From a virus (taxonomy: Duplodnaviria; Caudoviricetes): 64,000 bases of DNA. Of the stretch, positions 40,305 through 49,361 are shown in pieces (position 1 is the first letter of the stretch; each line of letters starts with the position of its first letter). The notes under the pieces were generated by a model. It saw only the letters and a program-made list of their open reading frames with translations. It searched no databases and was not told the origin of the DNA. A program made the translations under genes and the position numbers. The stretch lies in IMG/VR virus record IMGVR_UViG_3300035501_000922. One strand, written 5' to 3'.

Positions 40305-40736
40305 ATGAATGATATTCTAGAGATTAAGTCTGGGTTTCTCATTGCTTGTCATGATAAAGACATTAAGAGTATAGAAATACCCAGTACAGTAAAAGTAATT
40401 TGCAAAGGGGCATTTTTAAATTGTTCATCCCTCGAAAGTGTAACAATACCTCCCTCTGTAAATATTATTGGTGAGCTGGCGTTTTTATTTTGTACGTCCC
40501 TCTCAAGCATTGTAATACCTGGTTCAGTAAGAAGAATCAGTAACGGTGCATTTTCCAAATGTATATCCCTTAAATCTGTTGAAATCTGTAGTGGAGTAAC
40601 AAGTATCGGTATACGTGCATTTATTGGTTGTACATCATTATCATCAATTGTAATACCCGAAAGTGTTACAAGTATCGGCGAACACGCATTTGACAAGAAT
40701 ACTGTACAGTATAGATATTTTAGTACATTACGATAG
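40305..40736 (+). CDS. BspA-type LRR protein (LRR-7)
   Basis: LRR repeats; C-cap AFDKNT. Confidence 0.9.
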   Translation: MNDILEIKSGFLIACHDKDIKSIEIPSTVKVICKGAFLNCSSLESVTIPPSVNIIGELAFLFCTSLSSIVIPGSVRRISNGAFSKCISLKSVEICSGVTSIGIRAFIGCTSLSSIVIPESVTSIGEHAFDKNTVQYRYFSTLR

Positions 40737-40828
40737 ACAAAAAAGACTGTGATTTCGTATCACAGTCTTTTTTTATCCGTAAAATGGGTCTTTATATTTA
40801 TACATTATTTATGTGTAAAACAATAACT

Positions 40829-40863
40829 GAGTCAGCTGTAAAGACCTTAAAACAGAGAAGGAG
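40829..40863 (+). repeat. GTCAGCTG leader repeat, copy 4 (variant)
   Basis: GAGTCAGCTGTAAAGACCTTAAAACAGAGAAGGAG. Confidence 0.9.
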
Positions 40864-40869
40864 TATATT

Positions 40870-41397
40870 ATGAATACAACAGTAGAAAATATGAAAATTG
40901 AAGAAGGCGTTCTTGTTGAATGCCTTGATAAAACCGTTACAGAGGTTTCAATACCTGAAAATGTAAAGGAAATTGGTGCCAATGCATTTTATGGCTGTGA
41001 CAGGTTAAAAACTGTCATAATACCCGAGGGTATAACAGTAATTGGTAGAGGGGCATTCTCGCGTTGCAGTTCTCTCTCAGAGGTTTCAATTCCTAGTAGC
41101 GTTGAATATATTGGTGTAAGTGCATTCATGCGTTGTGGTAACTTAAAATCTATTACAATACCTAAAGGAGTAATAAGTATCGGACCTGCTGCATTCTTAC
41201 ATTGTGACTCCCTTTCAGAGGTTTTAATACCTGAGGGGGTTGAGTATATTGGAACTAATGCATTCTTAAGTTGTCCGAACCTCAAGACAGTAAGAATACC
41301 CAAGACGGTAACGAAACTTGGTATGGCTGTATTTAATAATGGTACCAAAATCATTTGTTGCCATGAGTTTGATAGCTTTGGCCATCCTAAGATATAA
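40870..41397 (+). CDS. BspA-type LRR protein (LRR-8)
   Basis: LRR repeats; tail GTKIICCHEFD. Confidence 0.9.
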   Translation: MNTTVENMKIEEGVLVECLDKTVTEVSIPENVKEIGANAFYGCDRLKTVIIPEGITVIGRGAFSRCSSLSEVSIPSSVEYIGVSAFMRCGNLKSITIPKGVISIGPAAFLHCDSLSEVLIPEGVEYIGTNAFLSCPNLKTVRIPKTVTKLGMAVFNNGTKIICCHEFDSFGHPKI

Positions 41398-41402
41398 TAA
41401 TT

Positions 41403-41439
41403 AAGTCAGCTGGTTAAAGACTTTAAAACAGAGAAGGAG
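41403..41439 (+). repeat. GTCAGCTG leader repeat, copy 5
   Basis: AAGTCAGCTGGTTAAAGACTTTAAAACAGAGAAGGAG. Confidence 0.9.
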
Positions 41440-41446
41440 TTACAAT

Positions 41447-42040
41447 ATGAGTGAAATTCTGTGCATTGAGAATGGTGTTCTCATCAAATGCCTAGACAAA
41501 ACCGTTACGGAAATAGTCATTCCTGAAGGGGTGACTAGAATTGGTATCGCGGCATTCGAGGACTGCGATAGGTTAACAAATGTCACAATGCCTAAGAGTA
41601 TGACAGTGATTGATGGATGGGCATTTAGGTATTGCAGTTCTCTCTCAGAGATTTCAATACCTAAAAAGGTGACAGAGATTCGTGATGCTGCCTTCTATGG
41701 CTGCGAATCTTTGACAAAGATATCAATACCTAAAGGGGTGGCAGTGATTTCTCGCAACACATTTTATGGGTGCATTAGGTTAAAAACTGTCGTAATACCT
41801 AAGAGTGTGAGATTAATTGGCGGAAGTGCATTCGAACATTGTAGTTCTCTTAGTTCCGTCAGAATACCTGAAGGGGTTGAGGGTATTGGGATTCGTGCAT
41901 TTTTAGATTGCCCAAATATCAAATCAATTAAAATACCTAATAGTGTAAAGACACTTGGAGGAGATGCATTTAATAGAGGCACGAAAGTCATTCGTGTGCA
42001 TGAATTTGATGGCATTGGATGGCAAAAAATGCTGGATTAA
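41447..42040 (+). CDS. BspA-type LRR protein (LRR-9)
   Basis: LRR repeats; tail GTKVIRVHEFD. Confidence 0.9.
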   Translation: MSEILCIENGVLIKCLDKTVTEIVIPEGVTRIGIAAFEDCDRLTNVTMPKSMTVIDGWAFRYCSSLSEISIPKKVTEIRDAAFYGCESLTKISIPKGVAVISRNTFYGCIRLKTVVIPKSVRLIGGSAFEHCSSLSSVRIPEGVEGIGIRAFLDCPNIKSIKIPNSVKTLGGDAFNRGTKVIRVHEFDGIGWQKMLD

Positions 42041-42052
42041 GATATAATAATC

Positions 42053-42091
42053 AAGTCAGCTGGTTAAAGACTTTAAAACAGAGAAATGGAG
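42053..42091 (+). repeat. GTCAGCTG leader repeat, copy 6
   Basis: AAGTCAGCTGGTTAAAGACTTTAAAACAGAGAAATGGAG. Confidence 0.9.
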
Positions 42092-42098
42092 TTTTATT

Positions 42099-42872
42099 AT
42101 GAATACATTAGAAATCTTGAAAATTGAAAACGGTGTTCTCACCAGATGCCTCGACAAAAACGTTACCGAAATCACAATACCCAAGGGGGTAACGGAAATC
42201 GGTACAAAAGCGTTCTATAACTGTGAACAGCTTGTATCAGTCGATATACCCGAAGGAGTGAAAAAGATCGGTTACAAAGCGTTTCGAAATTGCGATTCGC
42301 TAATAACGGTCGTATTACCCAAGGGGGTAACCGAGATAGGTAAAGATGCATTCATGGCTTGCACGAGCCTTGAATCTGTATCAATACCTGATACTGTTAC
42401 AAAAATCAACAGCTATGCTTTCTGCGCTTGTAAAGCGCTAAAGTCGATTAAAATCCCAAACGGGGTAAAAGAAATCGGCAATAAAGCATTCTGTGATTGC
42501 AATTCAATACTGTCGGTCGAAATACCCGACAGTGTGATTAAAATCGGAAACTATGCGTTCTGCTGGTGCTGTTCACTTGAAAAAGTGGACATTCCTAAAG
42601 GAATAACATCTATAAATTCCGGATTATTCGCAAAGTGTCACTCCCTTCAGTCTGTTACCATCCCCGAATGGATAAAAACGATTTCCATGGGTGCATTTTA
42701 CTATTGCACGTCGCTTACAGAAGTCAGAATTTCTGACGGTGTGAGAGGAATCGTCAGAAACGCTTTCATAGGTTGCGAGTCTCTAACGGAAGTCTCAATA
42801 CCTAAAAGTGTAACGAGACTTGATGAGTGGGCCTTCGACGAGGAGAAGGTCGTACTGCAAAGGGAAGTATGA
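42099..42872 (+). CDS. BspA-type LRR protein (LRR-10)
   Basis: N-cap LKIENGVLTRCLDK and LRR repeats. Confidence 0.9.
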   Translation: MNTLEILKIENGVLTRCLDKNVTEITIPKGVTEIGTKAFYNCEQLVSVDIPEGVKKIGYKAFRNCDSLITVVLPKGVTEIGKDAFMACTSLESVSIPDTVTKINSYAFCACKALKSIKIPNGVKEIGNKAFCDCNSILSVEIPDSVIKIGNYAFCWCCSLEKVDIPKGITSINSGLFAKCHSLQSVTIPEWIKTISMGAFYYCTSLTEVRISDGVRGIVRNAFIGCESLTEVSIPKSVTRLDEWAFDEEKVVLQREV

Positions 42873-42891
42873 AATCAGAGGAGTAATAATC

Positions 42892-42928
42892 AAGTCAGCT
42901 GGTTAAAGACTTTAAAACAGAGAAGGAG
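42892..42928 (+). repeat. GTCAGCTG leader repeat, copy 7
   Basis: AAGTCAGCTGGTTAAAGACTTTAAAACAGAGAAGGAG. Confidence 0.9.
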
Positions 42929-42933
42929 TTATT

Positions 42934-44031
42934 ATGAGCACGAATCTAAAAATCAAAACTATCCTCTATGATTGTCCTAATAAAAAAATAGAGGCAGTAA
43001 CCGTACCGGACGGAGTAACAATAATTGGGGATAAAGCATTCGATGAGTGCTATTATCTTGAGAATGTAAAAATTCCCGACAGTGTAAAATATATCAAGGA
43101 ATATGCATTCAGAGGTTGCTCTGCACTTAGGTCGGTAGGTCTATCCAAAAATATAGAAAAAATCTACCAAGGTGCATTCGAAAACTGTGCAAAGCTTGAA
43201 GGAATCACAATTCCCGACAGTGTAAAACATATCGGGTACTATGCATTCTCAGGCTGCTCTGCACTTAGGTCAGTGGAACTGCCTAAAAATCTAGAAGTAA
43301 TCAACCACAATGTATTTGAAGACTGTACAAATCTTCAAAGAATCACAATTCCCGATAGCGTTACAGAAATCGGTAATTATGCATTCGCAAATTGCGAATT
43401 AGCTTATGGTGTAAGAATTCCCGACAACGTATCATCGATTGGTAATTATTCATTCAGAGGGTGTATTTCACTTGATGATATAAAAATTCCCGACAGTGTA
43501 AAATATATCGGGTGGTCTGCATTCTCAGGTTGCTCTGCACTAAGGTCAGTAGAGCTGCCCAAAAATCTAAAAATAATCCATAGTGCGTTGTTTTGTCGTT
43601 GTACCGCACTTAGGGATATAGAAATTCCGAATAGTGTTAGAGAAATTGAGGATCATGCATTTAATCTCTGTGTTTCACTTGAAGGAATAACAATCCCGAA
43701 TAGTGTTAGGGAAATAGACGATGGTGCATTTTCTTTTTGTCGTTCGTTAAAAAATATTGTACTTCCGAACAGTATTACGGAAATTAAATATGTTACATTC
43801 TGTAGTTGTATATCGCTTGAAGAAATCACAATTCCGGATAGTGTTACGGAAATAGGCCAGGGGGCATTTGTTCATTGTACAGCCTTAAAGTCTGTTACAA
43901 TTCCGAGCAGTGTAACAGCTATAAAAAAGCGTGCGTTTGCAGAATGTGCAATTGAACGAGTGGAAGTTCCACTCAATACGGATGTTGCAGACGACGCATT
44001 CGATGCTGACGTGGAGATAATCAGAGTGTGA
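42934..44031 (+). CDS. BspA-type LRR protein (LRR-11, the longest)
   Basis: About 14 repeats; C-cap AFDADVEIIRV. Confidence 0.9.
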   Translation: MSTNLKIKTILYDCPNKKIEAVTVPDGVTIIGDKAFDECYYLENVKIPDSVKYIKEYAFRGCSALRSVGLSKNIEKIYQGAFENCAKLEGITIPDSVKHIGYYAFSGCSALRSVELPKNLEVINHNVFEDCTNLQRITIPDSVTEIGNYAFANCELAYGVRIPDNVSSIGNYSFRGCISLDDIKIPDSVKYIGWSAFSGCSALRSVELPKNLKIIHSALFCRCTALRDIEIPNSVREIEDHAFNLCVSLEGITIPNSVREIDDGAFSFCRSLKNIVLPNSITEIKYVTFCSCISLEEITIPDSVTEIGQGAFVHCTALKSVTIPSSVTAIKKRAFAECAIERVEVPLNTDVADDAFDADVEIIRV

Positions 44032-44037
44032 TAATCA

Positions 44038-44078
44038 AAGAAGACTGCGATATGAAAACGCAGTCTTCTTTTTTTTTT
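44038..44078. terminator. bidirectional intrinsic terminator
   Basis: aagaagactgcg/cgcagtcttctt stem plus a T run, between convergent genes. Confidence 0.8.
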
Positions 44079-47000
44079 AGAATTTAATAATATTTGTTAT
44101 TGTGTCAGTTTTTCTATTGACACCATTTTTACTTTTACCTTCTTCAGTGAATCTTGAACCGAATATTTCAAGTACAGGTTTAAACGGTGCAATGATATTA
44201 TTAATCATTGTTGAATAGTCAATATACGGTTGTGTCCACTCAGGAATTGTAGCATTACTCGGTATTGCTAATACCTGTAATCCTCTTTTTTTATAAGTCC
44301 ATTGACCTTGTATTTGGTCTTTATACTTTTCACGGTCTTCACCAAGAGCAACATCCACAAAACTATTCCATGCTTCAGGCCCAAGTTTTTTATACTTAGA
44401 TTTATATTTTTTTGGTAAATCCTCATACCAATCTTTCTTTTTTGGATTTACATAATCTATACCGTTATCTTTAGTCTTAGTGACAAAGATTCCAGTAGTA
44501 TCATTAAAAATCTTCTCAATGATCGTATCATAAATATCAGGATGAGTTCTTTCTAAATCAGCCATATCTTCCTCAGTAAAAATATTCATCTTTACTAAAC
44601 TTACCTTTGACGGGAAATCAATAGCATTATCAGGATATAGAATATTCCATGCTAGAGCACCACGAACACTTTGCTCAGAAGCTGGGTCTTTATATGCACC
44701 AAGTTCTTTAGCACTTCCATTAGGTAAAAACGTTCTTTCACCTCTTTGTATTGATTTTCTGATTTCTTCTTTGAACTCTCTGATTCCTTTTATCATTTCT
44801 TTCAACTCAACAGTTTCTGAGTTAAGTATATGATTCTTAATTAACTTCATGAATACTTCTTCAGCATATTCTGAAGTTGTAGCTTTTTTAAAGTCAAATC
44901 CTTTAATATCAGCTTTTGGTGGAGAAAGTAAATTACCCTCTCTCAGTTTCTGTTTTGAAATATATCTTTTCTTTGCTTTACCTATAACCAATAGAGTATT
45001 AAAGAACTCATTTTTCATATTAAAACGAGGTCTATACTCTTCAGGAATATTTGAATACTTTCCATAATGAATAAGCATATCATAAATAGCATTAGTTATT
45101 GTATACGTAATAGTATTTACAACAACGAATCCATTATGCTCAAAGTCTCTTCCATATGTGTTATCTCCTACAACATCATCAAATATATAATTGATTAATG
45201 TATCAAGAGATAAGAAGTTTGAGTCAGTGTCTATAACTGTGACAACACGACGCTTAAAATTTTTTAATCTATATATTCTATCAACCGATAGATACTTTAC
45301 ATAACAATACTTCATCAAATAATCAGAGAGGACTCCTAATGTTCCTTCAATTTTTTTAGGTGGGTCATTAGGGTCCATGAAGTACTGCTTATTTACAAAC
45401 TTATTCCAGTCTTTTGCTGTTTTATTTGAAAAATCATACCTATATTCATTAGGAATTTTTTGTAACCACTTATCATCTTTAGTATCAGCATACTCAAGAT
45501 TCTCAACGTTTTCAAATATAGTTTCAAATAAAGATTTAATAAAATCGTGGTCATGAATAAATTCAATCATATTATTTTTATAATATAACCGAGTAATTTC
45601 TTCTTCACTTAATGAGAGCAAATAATTGTATAGTATTTCTTCATCATTATCTTGAGGTTGTAGTATTTTATTAATTAATCTATCAACCAAATCATTTATA
45701 GATTTCACTTGAACAAAATCGTCTATTATAATATCTTCTTTTAAAACGACATTAATCCATTCGATAAGTTCTGTTAAATCTAAGTATATATAGTTATCAG
45801 CAAGAAACGATTCAAACATTGTTTCTGCTGTAGAAATTACTGATTGAGCAGTAAGTGTTGTGGCAGGACCACTCCATTTAGAATAAAATGCTGAAGATGG
45901 TGCACCACTCGATCCATAATATGAATTCATATTTATCTTTTCGTTAGCTTGCAAAATTAAAAATTATACTTTTTAGAAATTTCTACCCATGATGCTTTAT
46001 ATTTTATATTATATATTTTTGATGCTGGTATGTCCAGTTGTTTGGATATAACTGATACTTTAATGCCTTTCTCTAGCATAGTACATATATCTTCTGCTAA
46101 TTTAGAATCTATATGCCTTATTATATGAAAGTCATATTCACATGATATATCTGTCCAGTTTAATCCACTTCGAATATTACGAACCGTTGGTTTAGGTACA
46201 CTGAGTAATTCAGAAACTTCACTAATATTATATCCAAGCTCTAAATATTCACATATGTTTCGAGCCATCTCAATATCAATATTTTTTTTTGTTGAAAATG
46301 TATAATTACATGAAATAGATTTCCAACACGTTCGATTTTTTATATTCTGGACTGTTGTTACAGGTATATCAAGTTTACTGGCTATATCTTTAACTCGTTC
46401 ACCATCCTCAAGCATTTGACATATTCTCTCAACGGTTTCATTGGTATTTTTAGCTACAGGGCATTCCTCACCAACTCTTCGTAAACCTGTTTTTATAGCA
46501 TGAGAATTATTATGATAAGCAGTACACCATTCCAAATTTGTAACACTGGGATTTAATTTGTTGCCATCAATATGATTAACCATAGGAAAGTTGTGTTTGT
46601 TATCAAGAAACGTACTTGCAACTATTCGATGAAGACTAAAAGTTCTGGTTTTTTTAATACCATTTCGTTCACCATATAAACCAACTGAATAATACCCCGT
46701 ACTATTAATCCAACAAGGAACATTTTTCTTTAATTTATGGTCATAAATAATTCCATTTTCGAAGACTTCATAACGTTTTTTCTGTATACATGGGTAGTTT
46801 ACATATTTACTTTTCATTTCATATTTTTCCTTTCATTTTTTAATGAAAAGTTAAAGTATAATTTTTTAATTTAGACTATATCTTCGATGCATATTCTGTC
46901 ACCAAATATACATCGCCTTCCGTTTCGGATTTAGAAAAATCCTACTCTACTCACTTCTTCACTTAAGTATTTCTCTTAAGCTATGCTTTCGATAGTCGTT

Positions 47001-47593
47001 GAACTCACATCCATAAAGGATGCTTCGTTGCGTCGATTACTACATTAATAACCTTTTTACTATACCTTTGGAGTTACCCATTGCCACTATTATATTACTA
47101 TAATAATTTAGTAGTTATTAATTACGTAGTGTTCCCGCAATTAGAAAGGTTACGTAGCCAAGCTTTAACTAAGTTAACTACGGTCTAGGTCTTGGTATTC
47201 GTAACTATCAAAACCTAATGTTTCTCCTACACTAAACATTTGTTTTTTATATGCTTTACGACTAGCAGCCCATTTATCAAGCATTAACGAAATTGGGTTT
47301 AATGCTTCATCTTGAGTTTTATAAAATGTGCCATTACCTGCAATAAGAGGCTTTCTTTCAAGAGCCCAGTCAAAAACACTTATTAGTGTAGTTTCTCTAT
47401 TTTCACCAGTGTAGTTATTATCTAATTCTACACGTGGATTCATTGTTTGTTCTTTTATCATTTTAAGAACTATTTTTTCCACTTTATCTTTGTCCCAATC
47501 GGGATTTAACCGACACATTATGTTTACCATCCGTTTTTTATACTTATTGATAAACTTACTATCGGCATTAATATGAGTATTCATAAAACTCAT
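44077..47593 (-). CDS. family B DNA polymerase, polymerase-domain subunit (split phiKZ-type); 2 exons (about 763 aa)
   Basis: Exons 47593-47177 and 45951-44077; splicing restores motif B DRS|QANEKINMNSYYG; motif C IDTDS; KKRY; no exonuclease domain. Confidence 0.9.
45952..47176 (-). mobile_element. group I intron in DNA polymerase, with the HNH ORF in P9
   Basis: P1 CGUAGU/GCUACG and P10 AGCUUG/CAAGCU pair fully; core ends at about 46872; the ORF follows; terminal G at 45952. Confidence 0.9.
45957..46817 (-). CDS. intron-encoded HNH homing endonuclease
   Basis: LHRIVASTFLDN...VNHIDGNKLNPSVTNLEW followed by three HTH-like repeats. Confidence 0.9.
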   Translation of the reverse strand: MKSKYVNYPCIQKKRYEVFENGIIYDHKLKKNVPCWINSTGYYSVGLYGERNGIKKTRTFSLHRIVASTFLDNKHNFPMVNHIDGNKLNPSVTNLEWCTAYHNNSHAIKTGLRRVGEECPVAKNTNETVERICQMLEDGERVKDIASKLDIPVTTVQNIKNRTCWKSISCNYTFSTKKNIDIEMARNICEYLELGYNISEVSELLSVPKPTVRNIRSGLNWTDISCEYDFHIIRHIDSKLAEDICTMLEKGIKVSVISKQLDIPASKIYNIKYKASWVEISKKYNF

Positions 47594-47695
47594 TCCTTTC
47601 TTAAAAAGTTTAAGGTTATGTCATTTCATTAATCATTTTTAATATTTCTACGAAATACATTTATATAATGGAATTTCTATTTAATTTATTTAAAA

Positions 47696-47707
47696 AACAA
47701 GATAATA
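47696..47707 (+). promoter_or_regulatory. (A)ACA-N6-TA phage promoter (representative; AR9 late-type)
   Basis: AACA form on plus at 8263, 25736, 26608, 47696, 63152 and on minus at 36144, 50599. NACA variants on plus at 6603, 54465, 58879 and on minus at 23646, 38936, 47611. Confidence 0.75.
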
Positions 47708-47738
47708 AAATATTTTATATGAAAGGAATGAATTCAAT

Positions 47739-48668
47739 ATGAGTAAATTTAGTGATCTCATGAATAAGCCCCTGCCTTCTGCTTTAGACAGAGCTTTTCA
47801 GGAATTTCTTGAAGCTGGGGAAGAAGATGAGGAAGATAAGGATGTAGATGCTCAGGAAGAACCCGATACTGAGGAATGTGGCGATTCTGGTGTTTGTGAT
47901 GAACACTATGATGAAGACGACCCTGAGCACAGGGCATACCATTCTATTCACGATGACAATGGTGATGGTATTGAAGATGACGATGAACATCTCAAGTACC
48001 ATCATTCAGATGATGATATTGACGATATCGACAGCGACCTGAATTCGATTGCAAGTGATGTTGACGACGATGAGGATGATATTGATGACTTATCGGACGC
48101 TGAACTGAGTGCACTTGATGCTGAATTATCTGGTTCACAGGTTGATAATGTTGCACTTGATGGAAGTGAGCATCAGGTTAGCTTAAGCCCTGACGAGCAG
48201 CAGGAAGCTGATGACATGATGGGCGTTGCTGCAACAACGATTCTTATTAACGATGAAATGAACGGTGCTGAAAAGACCAAGTTTATTGAGTCTGTATCAG
48301 ATGTTCAGGCTGCAGTAAACGAAGGGCTTCTTTTAGAGTCTGATGTTAACGAGCTTGCTACAACCCTTGGTCTTATTACAGAAGCTAATAACTATAACAA
48401 GAAGATGATTATCAGACTTGATAAGGAAGCAAAGAAGAAGCAGCTTTATGCAGTTGCTATTAATGTTTCCGCTGCAGCGCATCATGACCCTGATTATGTT
48501 AAGCTGAAGAAGATTAACAGAATGAGAAAGGTTCTTAGAGCTAAGCTCAGAAAGAAGTATCATGCTGAAGCAGTTAAGAGAATGAAGGTTTACTTCAAGA
48601 GACTTACATCTTCTAAGTCATCTCCTCTTGCAGCAATTGGAAAGAAACTTGAAAAAGATACAAAGTAA
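47739..48668 (+). CDS. probable virion protein with an Asp/Glu/His-rich N-terminus and a basic C-terminus
   Basis: AACA-N6-TA promoter at 47696; strong charge polarity. Confidence 0.55.
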   Translation: MSKFSDLMNKPLPSALDRAFQEFLEAGEEDEEDKDVDAQEEPDTEECGDSGVCDEHYDEDDPEHRAYHSIHDDNGDGIEDDDEHLKYHHSDDDIDDIDSDLNSIASDVDDDEDDIDDLSDAELSALDAELSGSQVDNVALDGSEHQVSLSPDEQQEADDMMGVAATTILINDEMNGAEKTKFIESVSDVQAAVNEGLLLESDVNELATTLGLITEANNYNKKMIIRLDKEAKKKQLYAVAINVSAAAHHDPDYVKLKKINRMRKVLRAKLRKKYHAEAVKRMKVYFKRLTSSKSSPLAAIGKKLEKDTK

Positions 48669-48775
48669 AAATAAAGTAGAGATAAGCAATAAGCTTATCT
48701 CTACTTTTTATGTATTATAAAAAATAATAATTATACATCATCTTAGTGTAATAAAATTGAAAGGAGGTTGATTTG

Positions 48776-48958
48776 ATGAGAAACAACCAAGAAATCATCG
48801 ACCAAATTAAGATGATGTTTGACGCTGGGATAACGTCAGGAAATAGCCGTATGGCTACTTCCCAACGCCCAGTTAGTAGTAATGATGCTCTTGAGAGACT
48901 GCTCAAAGAATTTCAAGAGCTCATGAAAGAACCTAACATCACAAATATGACAATATGA
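48776..48958 (+). CDS. small hypothetical protein
   Basis: AGGAGG RBS; TATACATCAT promoter at 48732. Confidence 0.7.
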   Translation: MRNNQEIIDQIKMMFDAGITSGNSRMATSQRPVSSNDALERLLKEFQELMKEPNITNMTI

Positions 48959-48998
48959 TGTTATATTAGTGTTGGGTATAATAAAAATTTAGAAAGAG

Positions 48999-49322
48999 AT
49001 GATTAAAATATTTAAAAGCAACGAATACATACTGGAATTCTGCGAATTAAATCGCAGACTTTTGAATCTGTTCATACAGGAAATGGAATCTGACCCTACA
49101 GCACTTGCAGAATCCGGTTTTAAAGAAATTCCGTTAATATACTCAGATTCAAATACATTCATAAACACATTTGATATTTTTCATTGCCATGGTATTATCA
49201 TTGATAATATGGAAATTGGTTATCGTTTTTGTGTTGATGAACTGGGTAACGAAAGCAGATTGTACGGAGAACTAATTAAAGAGAAAAAGAATCTTGATAT
49301 GATTCTTTCTCATTGTATTTAA
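48999..49322 (+). CDS. hypothetical protein
   Basis: 107-aa ORF followed by a terminator. Confidence 0.65.
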   Translation: MIKIFKSNEYILEFCELNRRLLNLFIQEMESDPTALAESGFKEIPLIYSDSNTFINTFDIFHCHGIIIDNMEIGYRFCVDELGNESRLYGELIKEKKNLDMILSHCI

Positions 49323-49361
49323 GAAAAGAGAACGGCGAAATAAACCGTTCTCTTTTTTTTA

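Noticed and set aside
26882-42015. Antisense ORFs over LRR genes (for example 26882-27382, 27446-27763, 40349-40696, 40989-41354)
   Set aside because: They are shadow frames produced by the codon pattern of the LRR repeats and lack RBSs and promoters
40829-42928. 37-bp direct repeats as a CRISPR array
   Set aside because: The intervening sequences are whole genes of roughly 540-800 bp rather than 30-40-bp spacers, the repeat contains the RBS, and no cas genes are present
23718-44031. Diversity-generating retroelement acting on the LRR genes
   Set aside because: No reverse transcriptase and no TR/VR pair differing only at adenines was seen in the window
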